A stretch of DNA of 64,000 bases from Yuukianura sp. NJ FZ-2021 (GCA_046563655.1 CM102284.1:1302001-1366000), one strand, 5' to 3'. Shown: positions 39,845 to 53,200, counted from the stretch's first letter. Program-made: numbers and translations. The notes: a model not told the origin generated them from the sequence alone.

Positions 39845-40329
39845 AAGTACTATTATTATTGTGTAAGTATTCAATTTTATATATTAAATATAATTCGTCG
39901 AAAATGGAACTGCTAAAAGTAAAAATTATTAACAAATTTTGCATATGGTGCATCTTCTGTTTCAATTTATGGAATTCATTAGTTTTGAATTTGATCGGAA
40001 CGACCATAGAAAGAATAAAGCTTAGACGAGGAACCCATGGCATTGAATCATGCTAAGCGACTTTGCGGGTGAAGAAACTGCTTACTAAAAAGTTCAAAAG
40101 TCTCTCTGCTTGAAAGTGCGGAATATTTTAGGACAAATGTGATAGACAACACAGAATTGAATTTTGACACTTTTCAGTTTAAGTTATTCCGGTTGGAGTT
40201 TGGAAGTAAAGTGATAAAAGTGACGACAAATTCGTATGTGAGCAGCAAATGATTAAAATTCGAACACTAAAGACTAAAACAACAAGACTTAGAGAATGAA
40301 CGTTCACCTGGGCATACGATTTGTTGTTA

Positions 40330-40517
40330 CCGTATTTTCCCTAATAGTACACCATACCTAAATAGTACACCAGGTCCCTAATAGTACACCAGGTCCAGGG
40401 CCCGAAAAATTAATTAGTACACCGTCCCAAATAGTACACCAGGTCTCTAATAGTACACCACCCCCAGAAGTCGAAAACAAAATTAGTACACCAGGTGTAC
40501 TATTTGGGAAAATACGG
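40330..40517. mobile_element. Tc1/mariner (pogo-like) MITE, 188 bp
   Basis: 24-bp TIR CCGTATTTTCCC[T/A]AATAGTACACC with TA TSD; internal AATAGTACACC repeats. Confidence 0.9.
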
Positions 40518-40560
40518 TATTTTTTGCGGAGTACCTTCTGTCCTATCAAAATGCACACCA

Positions 40561-41553
40561 GGGGCCCAATTACGATTGAGAGTGACAGTTGGGGTATTTT
40601 TGGGGTAAAGCGTTTACCCCTTGATTACTCCTCAAGTTACCCCCGATTACGAACTTTTTTGGAGTAATTTCGAAAAGTGTAACTTTGGAGTTTCCGCTTT
40701 ACACTTTCTATACTCCGCGCTAACTCCAAATTTTAAAAACATAAACAAACAAGCCGCATTCAAACTTCAAATCAAATAAGTCCCGGTCAGCTGTTCTTGA
40801 TTTGATTCTTACAACATCAGTTCTAACATCGACATAAGGTGTAAAGTATTGAAAAAACGTTAAGATGCAATTCTTTCACAGAATCCAGACACACCGTAGG
40901 CGTTGCCACTCCTCATGGGTCAGGGGTTGACACTACGGTGTGTTTATGACTACCAAGTACGTTTATTTCCTAAATTTAGTTGCTTTCCATAGTTTAGTCA
41001 CTGAGAGCTCATGTAAATGCATTTCAATCATGTTTTAAGTTAAATTTGTCGCAATGGGTGTATGAACGATTAGTCCCATGATACCATAGCGACCCCCGTT
41101 TTAGAAATTATTTCGAGTTCAGACTATACCATGCTAGATGAGCTATAAAATGACCCAAGTGTGATGGATGACCCTGCGGCGTTGGCACAGCTGCACTGGC
41201 ATTGACACGCAGGGTCTTAATATTGGAATTACGTAGTAACAACCGATTCCGAAGCAATTAATTCGAAATGTTTTTGGAACTTTACCCCCACTGAACCCTC
41301 TAAGAGCAGGATAACTTTTCGGGTCATTTTAGAGTATGATGATCCGGATCATAATCAACATTTGTAAAAAAGGGTTAAAATAGTGTGAGTGAGGGGTTCC
41401 GATAGGGTGTATCTGGAGTTTCGTCGGAGTATGCAGGGGTAACTGTGGAGTTGGTGTGAACTCTGAATCGTAGTTAGAGTTAGCAGATTTGGAGTTAAAA
41501 AGGTGTCACTTTCGGGTAACTTTCCCTGTCACTCTCAATCATAATTGGGCCCC
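40561..41553. mobile_element. Non-autonomous DNA transposon (~990 bp), possibly PIF/Harbinger
   Basis: 28-bp TIR GGGGCCCAATTA[C/T]GATTGAGAGTGACAG. TSD ambiguous (CAG if ends are 40562/41552). No transposase ORF; absent from paralog copy B. Confidence 0.8.
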
Positions 41554-43729
41554 AGAGATACAATAACTTATCCCTGCCGCTCGACTAAGTCCGACCCAGA
41601 AGGAAGCAAGTTAGCACCAGTGGCATGTGCCTGCCACGGGTGTGACGAAGAGCCTTTCTACGCCTGTGCAAACGCAGCAACCAAAGGGGTTGTTCCTGCA
41701 GGAAAACGTAAATATTTAATATAATTAATATAATACACTAATCCAATATGGTGTTAGCTACTCAATGTAAAACGTATAATTTGTTAGACGATGGGTGCAC
41801 TGTGGGTACTTGTTCCCAGTGCAAACCGGCCGGAACCAGTTGCAAAAAAGGCGACGTCTGCTGTGACGCTTATGTCTTCGACGATGTGTTTTACTTTTTC
41901 CCGTACAATGCAGCTCATGGTTACTGCTCTGCTCAGGGGAAGTGTGCTTTATGTGCAGCCGATAAACACCTCTGTCGCCTCAGCACAAATAACAAAATCC
42001 CATGCTGCTCATCACTCACGAATCACAGCTCACAGTCCTCTCAGTGCCTTTTGTCACGTAACGACGAATTATCCTACTGCGTAGCTGACGCCTGTAAAAA
42101 CGATCCCAAAGCGGCGCGACTGTATGGCTTCAATTGTCCTCCGATTTCCAAAGACTTTTACTTCTGCGCTTGTGGAGAAGTCAATAAGAAGGGAAAAGTC
42201 GTCAAGGACTTCAAGCAGTGCAAGGGCACCAGTTGTGAAAAGTGTATTCCGCCAGGTACTAAAACAGATATATACCAATACTTCTCATTACACAACGTGT
42301 GGCTCTTTCACAGAAGGATACCGTAAAACTTCAATTTTTTTAAAGATTTTTAGCGATTTCACCTGTATGTAATAAAGACACCAGAGCGTTACAGTTTGGG
42401 TGGTCCAATTGGCTCCAGGTTATTAGCGCGAATTTTTAAGTTGGCAACACTGTAGCTAACCTAACCTATTGCCAATGAAACGTAATCTACCATTTTAAAA
42501 TAACATAACCTACGTCTCAAAAAGGCAACCATCAGAAGATCTTTTGTTTTCGTTGTAATGTCATGCTATGGCCCCAATATCTCAAACATGTCACAATAAG
42601 TCAGGAAAACTTTTTTTCAAATCAACCAATCAGAGCGCGTTGTGAAATGAGAGGTTCTACTGTAAAATAAAATTGTGTTGAATCCATAATTCGGTGATCT
42701 TTTTGTTCCGTTTCCCGTCGCCGATATATGAGGGCGGAAGTTGGGGTATCAAAAGATTGAATAGAATTTTTGTTTAATTCCCGCCATCTAGGTCACGCAT
42801 GCACTCCCGGGAAAACGGATCGGGAATGTTGCTTTAGAGAGAAAGAACTTGCTACACACATGAACATGGAATGTCGAAATAGTAAATGTCAGGAATGTTT
42901 TGTGCCTTATGAGGTGCAAGGCCATTACAATAACATGGATTGCAACAACACTAAGATTCCGTGCTGTCTCGATGTAGATGAACCTGAAGATGTATACAAG
43001 TGTACGCTAGTTCCTGGACGTAAAAGATTCAGCTGTGAACTTGAATGATTCCGAAGAAGCTTCTTTATCAAAATTAAAGTAGCAACTATCTATTACTAAT
43101 ACATAATATTTAATACATATATAAAACAATATGAAACAATAATAATACTACAATATTGATTCACTATGGATTGTGTCTAAAACTTAATGCAGCAACTCGG
43201 AGAGGGAATTTAAGATTTTTTTTATACATTAGGTAATTAAAACTCAACTCAGGTGAAAATTCTAAAGTTAAAAATTGTTCAAAAAAGTTCTCATAGTGTG
43301 CATCTCCTGTTTAAATTCATGGAATTCATCAATTTTTTTTGATCGACAAGACGACATAGCATAAACGAAGCTTATGGTAAGTGTAGCACGTCATTGCTTC
43401 GAATTGCTAATTTCGCAGTAACTCATTCGGAGTATTGCCATGGAGCCATGCTAATATGTAGATTCACGGGCTAAGAAACTGCGTATTAAAAAGTTCAATG
43501 ATCGTTCCGTTTGAAAATGTCGCATATTTTAGGAGAAACGTGCAACTTTTTGTCACGTTTTTTATGAACTGTGAAAACCAACTTCTATGAGTTGTGGAAA
43601 AAAAATTGCAAATTTATGAAAGACCAATACTGCAACGATGTGAAACTTTTTTTTTTCAAGTTTTTTTTTACTTTTTTAAAAGTAGTTAACATATTTTGAA
43701 TTATTTTTTTTTGAATTTTACTTTAGAGA

Positions 43730-44637
43730 ATGGGAGATTCTGTTGAAGAGGAAATCAGAAGAGAAGAGTACACGGGTCAAGTGGAAGGAATTCGATCTCT
43801 GGGATTGGAAGCTGCTAAAGAGTTAATTCGAAATTCAACTTTTTAGAAACCAAGAACTATTTTTGAAAAACTATTTTGAAAATTTCTTAAATTGTTTTTT
43901 GGTTTTGAATTTTAGGCTACTGAGAGGGAAGGATTTTGACGACGTTTTTTCCTGTTTCGTAAAATCTACAGATCCGTTTGTCCGAATTACAAAAACAGAA
44001 GCTGAGCAACGGATTGAACCAATTCCTGTTCCCGTTGGACACTTTGACATCAGTGATCAACTTTTCTGACTTCCCCTGACCGGTAAATTTCATAATTTAA
44101 AATTTTTACCAAAAAATTTAAGATTTTTAACTATTCTTGAATTTTGAGTGACTTTGTCTGGTGTTTCTAGGAGTTGTAGACGTTTCAGAAGGAAAAATCA
44201 GCAACTTATCAGCATTGGACAAATCGGACGACTGCGTCGTAGATGTTCAAGGGCGCGTACTTTTTGTGCGCCTAAAATTTCAAATTTCAAATGTCTCTTA
44301 CACAGCGGATTCAACGCTGGCCCTCTTCTGTTCCAATTCTGCCTTTAATTTGAAAGCTATTTTAGCCTCCATTTCACTTAACGTTGAACTCCAAGTGGAC
44401 TTTCGATCCCTTTCGAACCTTTCCGCCGAAATTTCGAAATTTGACTTTAACGTAGCTGGATTTGACTTGGGCGTAACTGGAGACGCCATTCCACAGCTTC
44501 TAGCGGCGTCAATTAAGCACTTCTACGTTCAAAAGTATCAAAGCGAGCTACAGGATCTGAGTGTCGAAAAAGTCAAGGAATGTATGCAAACTGCAGTCAA
44601 GAAAATTTTACCTCTTCTCAGTGAATGTGTCCCCTAA
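43730..44637 (+). pseudogene. TULIP/Der p 7-like gene, copy B, nonsense-disrupted
   Basis: Highly similar to copy A but has a 27-nt in-frame deletion (VENLIERVV) and a TGT>TGA stop at 44067-44069 in exon 2. Confidence 0.8.
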
Positions 44638-45028
44638 AGTATTATTGTATAAGTATTCAATTTTATATATTAAGGATAACTCATCTAAAATAAAAATTCT
44701 GACGTTAAAAATTTATTAAAAATTCATCAATTTTAAACTTGATCGAAACGACATTTGACAGAAAAAGGAAGCTGTTGCTAGTTGGGTTCACGGGTGAAGA
44801 AGCTGCTGATTAAAAAGTTCAAAAGTCGATTCGCTTCAAAATTTCCGAATATTTTAAAATAGATGTGATAGACAAGACAAAACTGGCGTTGAACTCTGGC
44901 GCTTTCCAGTTTAAGTTATTCTTGTTGGCATTTGAAAGTAAAGTCACAAAAATGGCAAGAATTGGTGCAAGATTCGAGTAGTACAAGACTAAAATTCTAA
45001 CCCTAAACACTAAAACAAAGATTGAAAA

Positions 45029-46574
45029 ATGATCTTATATTTGGCTAAACTATTTATTCTAATTTTTTGTGGACTTGTTTCTGTCCAACCAAAATGCAAA
45101 CCAGGAGATCCATTGAATATATTCTGCAACGTCCGTAAGGCCGATCCAGAAGGAAGTAAGTTCGCACCGGTCTCATGTGCCTGCCACGAGTGTAAAGAAG
45201 ACCCTTTCTACGGCTGCGCAAACGGAGGAACCAAAGGGGTCGTTCCTGCAGGACAACGTAAATACCCAAAGTTTAATATAACTAATATAATACATTTATT
45301 GTATATAATGTAACTTAAACGTAAAGCATATAATTTGTTAGGTGACGGGTGCCCTGAGGGTACTTGCTCCCAGTGCAAACCGGTCGGAGTAGGTTGCAGA
45401 AAAGGCGATCTCTGTTGTGATGCTTACACAAACACTGTCCACGCTGATTACGCTCCGCCATACACTGCAGCCCATGGTTACTGCTCTGCTCAGGGAAAGT
45501 GTGCTTTATGCGCATCCGACAAACACCAATGTCGTTATAACTCAAATAAAATAATTCCATGCTGCTCATCACTGACAAATCACAGCTCGCCATCACAATG
45601 CCTTTTGTCACGTGACGAACGATACTCCTACTGCGTAACTGATGCTTGTGCAAGCGATCCCAATCCCAATGCCCCACGCTTGTATGGTTTCAATTGTCCT
45701 CCGATTTCCAAAGACTTTTACTTCTGCGCATGTGGAGAAGTCAATAAGAAGGGAAAAGTCATCAAGGACTTTAAGCAGTGCAAGGGCAGCAGTTGCGAAA
45801 AGTGTATTCCACCAGGTAATATATTTACAGCAGAACCTCTCATTGCACAACCTGTAGCTCCGCCTCTCTTGATGGTGGGATACCGTAAAAGTTCAATTGC
45901 TAAAGTGATTCCATTTGCTAGAAAAGCAAAATATTGGGTTGAACCCATAACTGAGGTATGGGTATTAGGTCAACACGCTATTAGTTCAAAATTAACTGTA
46001 TTCAGCAGCTTAAGTGGTTCAAAGTCATTATGCTCAATGTGTATTTATTGTATCTAGGTTTTTGAACTATTTTGTTTCAAACCCCAATTTCGTTTAACAA
46101 AACGGGATGGAACGAACTTATTTGTGACAATTTGGGGCTGTTAGGGTTGCGGCGAAAACTTTTCTTCAAATCAACCAATCAGAGGCCGTTGTGTAATGCG
46201 AGGTTCTACTGTAATTTGAATTTGTGTTTCGGTTTCCGTGCCAAAGAATGTGAGCGGAGGTAGATGGAGCGTTAAATGTTCATTATGAATTTAAGTTTGA
46301 TTGCCGCCATTTAGGTCATTCATGTACTCCCGGGAAAACTGAAAGGGAATGTTGCGTCAGAGAAGAAGAACAACTTAGACACGTTACCATGGAATGCCGA
46401 AATGGTAAATGCCAAGAATGTTTCGAGTCGCATCAGCAGCAGGGAGGCTTGTACAAGAACTACGACTGCAACAAGACCAAGATTCCGTGTTGTCTGGACA
46501 TCGAAGACCCCGAGTTTACCTACAAGTGTACACTAGATCCTGAATTTCAAACATTCAGTTGTGAACTCGAATGA
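45029..46574 (+). CDS. Secreted Cys-rich protein with four knottin-like modules, copy B, ~320 aa
   Basis: Exons 45029-45257, 45342-45815, 46315-46574, in frame. Signal peptide MILYLAKLFILIFCGLVSVQP; 39 Cys by hand count; four C-C-CC-C-C modules. Confidence 0.75.
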
Positions 46575-46968
46575 TTTCGGACAAATTACAGAATACATCC
46601 TCAAATTGCACCATTGCTGTGATTGGCTAGTTCGCTAGGAGAAAGTCTGTTTCCGTAAAGTTTAAAAGAAACGCACCCAGCCTTGCTTATTGGCACACCT
46701 AATCTAATATCAGCTGATAAGGCTCCCTCAGATTTTGAATTTATTTCACGGTACCCGCTAAAGAGAGAAAGAAAAAAGAGGCGTTTTAATGGTGTAATTT
46801 GAGGATGTATTCTGTAGTTTGTCAAAAATAGCAAAGCAGCAAAGATAATAAGGCTTATGTAATACTAATATATTAAAAATTTTGTAGTTGTTATTACTAT
46901 AATAATCATATTATATATTAATAAAAATACACATAGTATAAAATACTATGCAGTCATATAAACATAGA

Positions 46969-48234
46969 CTAACAGATAGCTAGAGAATCTGGACTTGTCT
47001 TGACAATAACAAGTCTGTTCAGTAGAACTCGGAGTTCAGGCGTGGCAGGATCCTCCTTGGTATGAATCCTCACGTGACACCCGAATTCTTCTAAACAGTT
47101 GAAGCCGAGGTCACAAAATGGACAAGTATAGTTGACCTCGGGTGACCTCTGTTGACCTTCAGATCCACTCTGTTCAGAATGCGTCTGCGTCGATTCAGTT
47201 TCTGCTTTGTTTACATTGGGTTGTTCAAGTGGCTCCAAAGCATGGTACTCTTCACCGGGCACGGAGCATGAGTAGAACGTCTCTCCAGTGTGGATCTGCA
47301 CATGCCCAACTAAATCTTCATTCACAAATGGTTGTGCAAAGATCTCACTTGTAAACTCCGCTTCCGATTGGACAGGAACTGTATGATAGCGTTGAACGTG
47401 ATTCGCTAGTCGGCATTTCTTGGAAAAACTTTTGTCACAATCTGCACACTGGTGACGCTTGCCCAATTTAAGCCTAGTAGCAACTTTTGGGGTCTTGTGA
47501 CCTTTGACCTTTGTGTGACCTACTTTGGGGATATTTTGCTTTTTCTTCATATTTGACATGGCATGTCTGCGCATGTGATGTCTGACATCAGATTTTGCAG
47601 AAAATGACATTGTGCATACTGTGCAATTGAAGGGACGTTCATTGTTGTGTCGTCGAATGTGATCTGATAAGGAGTGCATCCGATGTGTTGCAAATGGACA
47701 CAACTGACAACGGTGTTTTTTGGCGCCATGAATTTTTATATGTGAAAGCATGTAGCTTTTGTGCACAAATCGCATAGGACACTTGGTACACTTAAATGGC
47801 TGTTGTCTGGGGTAACTGCGCATGTGCGGTGCCAATTTTCTTAGAGTTTGCGCACTACTGTCACTAATTCCACACTTTTCCTTAATAGTTGGCTCATGCT
47901 TTACTGATTTCCGGCGTGATTTGGTTTTTGACGTGGTAGGGGTGTCAAGCTGCCAAGATTTTTCTGGATCCTGCGCATGAAGTTTTTGTAAATGGCGCAC
48001 AATTTGTTTTTTTCTACTAAACTTAGCGGAACACACTGTGCACTGGAATCGTTTGACCTCGAGGTGGATCTCATTCACGTGGACACGTAAGTTGCCCCGT
48101 TGTGTGAACTTTTTTGAACAAATTGTGCACTGAAATGGTTTTGGTTCACAGTGAACTTGCGTAGAGTGTAAAACAAACCACTTTTCATTAATGAAATCTT
48201 CTGCACATGCGTTACATCTATACGTTAACTTCAT
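46969..48234 (-). CDS. C2H2 zinc-finger protein (~8 intact plus degenerate fingers)
   Basis: Repeated CxxC...HxxxH with EKP/ERP-type linkers; C-terminal finger followed by LRVLLNRL. Confidence 0.85.
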   Translation of the reverse strand: MKLTYRCNACAEDFINEKWFVLHSTQVHCEPKPFQCTICSKKFTQRGNLRVHVNEIHLEVKRFQCTVCSAKFSRKKQIVRHLQKLHAQDPEKSWQLDTPTTSKTKSRRKSVKHEPTIKEKCGISDSSAQTLRKLAPHMRSYPRQQPFKCTKCPMRFVHKSYMLSHIKIHGAKKHRCQLCPFATHRMHSLSDHIRRHNNERPFNCTVCTMSFSAKSDVRHHMRRHAMSNMKKKQNIPKVGHTKVKGHKTPKVATRLKLGKRHQCADCDKSFSKKCRLANHVQRYHTVPVQSEAEFTSEIFAQPFVNEDLVGHVQIHTGETFYSCSVPGEEYHALEPLEQPNVNKAETESTQTHSEQSGSEGQQRSPEVNYTCPFCDLGFNCLEEFGCHVRIHTKEDPATPELRVLLNRLVIVKTSPDSLAIC

Positions 48235-49599
48235 TTTTCAACTTTTCTTTTACAAGGTTGCCTCGAAACAATGAACTTTTTTAGTAGCAAACACTTATGT
48301 GGAACAAATGAAAAAAAAAAGAAGTTAAAAACATTCACTTGTTGAAGGTAAAAAAAATTGAAAAATTTAACTTGTCGAACTTATACTTGGCAATATTTTC
48401 AAAATTCGGATTGAATTTTCTATTGGTGAACTGATCACATAAACTTTTGGTTTCACTTTGTCTTTTCACCTCCTTTGTCTTTTACTTATCTGAAACTAAC
48501 GGAAACCCAATGAGGTTAGTAATTTATAAAAAAGAACTATAGATTTTATAGCTCTATGAATAACTAAAGTTCAACTGACACTAAAAAGTGTGTTAAATAT
48601 CACTTTCCAAAATTCCAAATCCGAACTGGAGGCTGTATAAACTTGAACTGACGACTGAACCCTAACATTAAACTAACGTGAAGTTCGCGTAACCTTCAGT
48701 CTTTATGACAAAGAAGAAAAAGATCTACTAGCGTTACGGTTGAAGAAAAATCATTCAAACGTGACTGCTTGAGCTCCTGTGTAGTGTTTTTCAAAAAAAA
48801 TGTTAGGCTCCTCTCTTTCAAAAAAATTTCATTCTTTCAATTGAACTTCCCCTACCTTTTGAAAAAAGAATCTGCTGCAATACAACTGCTTTTCAAAAAT
48901 TTGACAAAGCAGATGTTGAGTGAAGGACCCTGTTTAGAACTGGAATTGAAAAGTGAAACGATGGGAAAGCGGTGAGGTAGAAATTGCCCAAGGCGTTTGA
49001 AAAAAAATTATTTCCAAGTTTGTTTTTTGAACCTCGGTGATTAGAAATATCAGTAAATATTTAGAGCTGGAGGTCAAACTTTTCTGAAACACAAGAAAGA
49101 AAAAGAAATGTTGTGAAGAAAAAGAACTTTTATTGAAATACCTTTATTTCTCCAATAAGTTATGTACTATGTATTCATTTCCATTTCAATTAAAAAGAAG
49201 TTTTTTTTTTAAAGAAAACAGAAACTGAAAGTTCATAAAAACGGAAACCTGTTTCTATCCTTGCTCAAATGAAAACTTTGGGTAAATTTTCTTAGTTGGT
49301 TTTGTTGACAGCTTTGACAGGCTACTAAATCGAATATTATATACTAATATTATATATAATTAAATATATATAATTTTACCTAACTACACCTATTACTTTT
49401 TATTATATATATATAATAAATACTAATACATAATAAGAGGCTAATAAATCGAATTCAAAACAAAGTTCTGATATTTTTTTTGAAAGCCTCAAGGTGCATT
49501 TTTGGAAACGGGTCAAGGAAATAAATTAAGGAAGGTAAATATTATGTAAATATTTTTGACAACTCTACTAATTGATAATAAATCAAGCACAAGTTAAGC

Positions 49600-50852
49600 C
49601 TAATTAAATGTAACTAGCATGAATGCGATTCCGCGCGCAATGTTGTCCAGAAGCGTCAACTTGGCTTCACTCTCCATGTAGTAGAATCCTCCAATTTTGG
49701 ATTTGATGACTGGAATTGACCTTAGGTCAATTTCAAGTTCCACATGACCTCTGCGTTTCATGTTCCGATGAAACTGTTTTGATATGTTGAAAACAAGTGA
49801 CATGGCAAGTGCTCCAGGTATAAAAAAGAGTATAAGGATAATAAGATAAACAAAAAACAAAGAAAACAAGAATGGATCTAGTTTTGCTCTGAGGCAAACC
49901 ACAGCAAATACAACAACGTACAATGACAAAATTGATGCAAGTTTTGTCATTGGAACAAAAATGGCGCCAAATACAGAATTATGCATTTCATTCAAAATGG
50001 TCACTGTTCGGTACAACTTAATGCGCTCGTTCTGAAATGATTTGTTGTCTTCAGTTCCAACTGCATGCGAATCCATACTGTAAGTAAAGAAACAAAATTT
50101 TAGTAGGAAACACAATAAATTTGTAAATTTTTAAGATTTGATATAATTTTACAGCCAAAATTTTGACTTGGAAAAAAACAATTAGTTTTGAACGAAATTA
50201 ACTAAACTTATTGGTGAATGAATTTTACTCACCATGACTTTTTGAGCCAAAACACAATAGTTGTAATTGATGGAATGAAAATAACTAAAAGTAAATTTGA
50301 ATCCAAGAGAAACGATGCACAAGTCAAAACTGTTCCAACTAAAAAGCAAAACTTGGAAATAACAGAACCAAATTCTCCAAATTTAAACCAAATCATTTGA
50401 AGACCGGCACTGCAAGCTGCAGCGGAGGCAAAAACTAAAATTGCGAAATATATTATTTCCGTCCAAAAATTTTTCGGACAAAAATCTTTTTTGAAAAATT
50501 TGTCCCTAAGAACTTTATCGCAGAGAATCAAACTGTTTCCAAATTGAAGTAGTTGATCCAAATCGTGTTGAATATTGAACTTAAGGACCATCCCAGTAAA
50601 GTAAAACAGGCCATACAAGGAATCCAAAATTCCGAGTGCTGCATTTTCATTTCTAAAGTGAGTTTTAGCTTCAGTCAAATAGAAAATGAAAAGCAAAATG
50701 TTCAGAAGCTGCAAAATTGCTGAGAAGAACGTTTTCCAAATGGATTTCCGTTGCAGCAGAATCCCATTTTGAAATTCAAATTGAACAAATTTTGGTTTTG
50801 ATAAAATTGTCAACGTAGTTGAGTAAATTTTGAATTCAGCAACGGAAATCAT
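49600..50852 (-). CDS. GR-like copy 12 (displaced from main array)
   Basis: Exon1 50852-50233, exon2 50077-49600; in frame; same upstream motifs as array copies. Confidence 0.8.
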
Positions 50853-51704
50853 AGCTCAGCAAATTTTTTGTTGCTTAAAATGGGTTTTGAAAAATGAAAC
50901 CCTTCTGTGTATTGGAGACAACGAATTTATAGGGAATCGTGAGCAAATTAGTCGGAATAGAATATAATCATTCTGTGTATGTATTTCAAGACATTTAAAC
51001 TAAACTGAAAATTTAGTTGAAGTAAAAGTTGTTTACCTAACTAAGCTAAGTAAACTGAAAAAGAGGCGTAACACATTACATGACAAATAACGGCCGTAAT
51101 AACAAATAACTTTTTCCTAATTAACGTCCATCGAGAACAATTAACGGCGTATTACAATGAATAAAGGTCTTACTAAGTAAGTTAATAAAGTTAAACTGCT
51201 CCACTTAAAAATTTGTTCGTAATGATACACTATATATTTGTGGTACAGTTAATTTTCCATTGGTTTTTGTTACAAATTGAGGCGTAATTATAGCTTACCA
51301 TTTTGAACTAGTATAAGTATCATTGATTTGTACTTATAACATCAATAAATCGAATTAGCATACGTTTTAATTTTTTTTTCAAGGTTTCAAGTTTTATTGT
51401 TAACAGCAAAGCTTTATTATACTGTTTGTGTATTTGAGTAATATGCTCTTATCTATTTTTTTTCTAACCCGTTTTTGGGAATCTTCAAATGTACACAAAT
51501 TAATTGATAATTAATAAATCAGGAATTTAATTGAATTATAATTTTGTATTGTTAAAAAAACACACATTTTTTAAAGAAAATCAAAACTGAAATTTGAAAT
51601 TTCCTGAATACAGAAACCTGTTTCAATGTTTGTTCATATGAAAATTTTGCGTTTTTCTTATTGGTTTTATTGACAGCTTCGAAATGCTACAGACAGGTTC
51701 GATT

Positions 51705-53200
51705 TCATTCGGATTTGGGTTTCACTTCGGCATTCTCCGCAGGAGCTTTTGATTCTTCTGCGGCAACTTTTGGTATGTCGAAAGTTAGTAAGTTCGTTAT
51801 GAATTTAGCACTTTTGTCATCGAATGGCCACAGTTGCAATTGTTTACACAGAATCGTTTTCTGGAGAAGCCATTCTCCGTATGACACCAGTATGAAGATG
51901 GATCCAAGGTTGGTGATGAGTGGAAAAAGTGTAGAAACCGATACTGAAACAATTTCTACTGCTACGATAATGTTCGGAACGTAAGCCCACAGCCATGGGA
52001 CAGGAACTGCCAATCCAAACGGTTTTAGCACAATTTCTGTTATGTCAATCAGTTCACAGTTGAGGATGAAGTCAATTAAATAACCCACGAAGAGCACAAT
52101 TCCGACAAAAGTGACAAGGCGCATGACCGGAATCAAAATCATTCCCACGGCGACAATCGTGTACAGCAGCAGCAAAATGTTGGCCACGATGAGCTCGTTG
52201 TAGCGAATTATGTAGTTGGTTAGGTTTGATTCGAAAGCGATACCTAAGAAAAAATGAAAATTTCAAAAAATTTAGCAACACAAAACTTATTTATTGAAAA
52301 AGTTGTGTTTTTTGTTATGTTTGTATATGTTATTTCACTTCACTTACGCAAGCGTCCTAGAATAGTTTTGACCAAGGCCTCAACCAGTTCCATACTCAAA
52401 TTTTTGAAGACGTCTCGCAATGTTGTTAGCAATAAACTTGTAAGCACATTTCCGGAAGACAGCACACTCGTAAGCGCTCCGATGCTGCCAGTCAGCGTTC
52501 CAGCAGTTCCAGCAAGTACATCTGTTGTACCGGAAAGTAAACTTGCACTTCCGCTGGTGAGTGCTCCTGCCCCACCGGCCACCAAAGAAGTCCCACCGGA
52601 AACCAATTGGGTCCCACCGGAAATTAGGCTGCTTGTTCCGGAAGATGTCAGCTCGACTCCAGTTGATGCAAGGCTTGTAGCTCCGCTAGAAACAGTTTTG
52701 GCTCCACTGGTTAAAATCGAAGCCCCACCGGAAAGAATTTGAGTCCCACCGGAAAGTAAACTTGACCCACCATCAGAAAGCGAAGATGCTGTAAGAACAG
52801 AATCTGCCATACTCGAAACAACCGTAGTGGCTCCACTTGCCAGCAAAGAGGTCCCACCAGAGAGAAGTTGAGCCCCACCAGAAAAAAGTTGAGTCCCACC
52901 GGAAAACAAGCTTCCTCCTTTTTCAGAATTTGAATTTTGTTTCAACATTGTGGAATCTGTAGGTTTGGAATCCGATACAGGCATGCTGGTGGCTCCAGTT
53001 GCAATGTCTTGTGCCCCACTTGTCAGAAATGTGGTCCCACCGGAAACTAGGTTTGACCCACCGGCAGCAAGCTCAGACGTAGTAGGAACAGAATCTTTAA
53101 CGGTGGATGCAAAAGCAGCGGCTCCGCTGGTAAGCAAGTTTGTTCCGGGCAGTGAAACGGAAGGCAATGAGGGAACTTTCAAATTTTTTAAAGGAAACAT
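51705..53200 (-). CDS. G/S/A/T-rich amphipathic-repeat protein with hydrophobic C-terminal domain, paralog 1, ~463 aa
   Basis: Exon1 53200-52348 (C|GTAAGT) and exon2 52243-51705 (ttag|GT) join ORFs 52340..53200 and 51705..52187 in frame. Confidence 0.75.

Larger units (their letters stand above)
40296..43048 (+). pseudogene. Secreted Cys-rich multi-knottin gene, copy A, exon 1 broken by two transposons
   Basis: Removing 40330-40517 plus one TA restores MNVHLGIRFVVIFCGVPSVLSKCTP, aligning to copy B's signal peptide. Second insertion 40561-41553. Downstream exons 41788-42255 and 42792-43048 remain open. Confidence 0.75.

Noticed and set aside
40330-40517. Regularly spaced AATAGTACACC repeats resembling a mini-CRISPR array
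   Set aside because: Repeats are 11 bp with short, partly repeated spacers. They are enclosed by TIRs and a TA TSD, there are no cas genes, and the context is eukaryotic, so this is a MITE.
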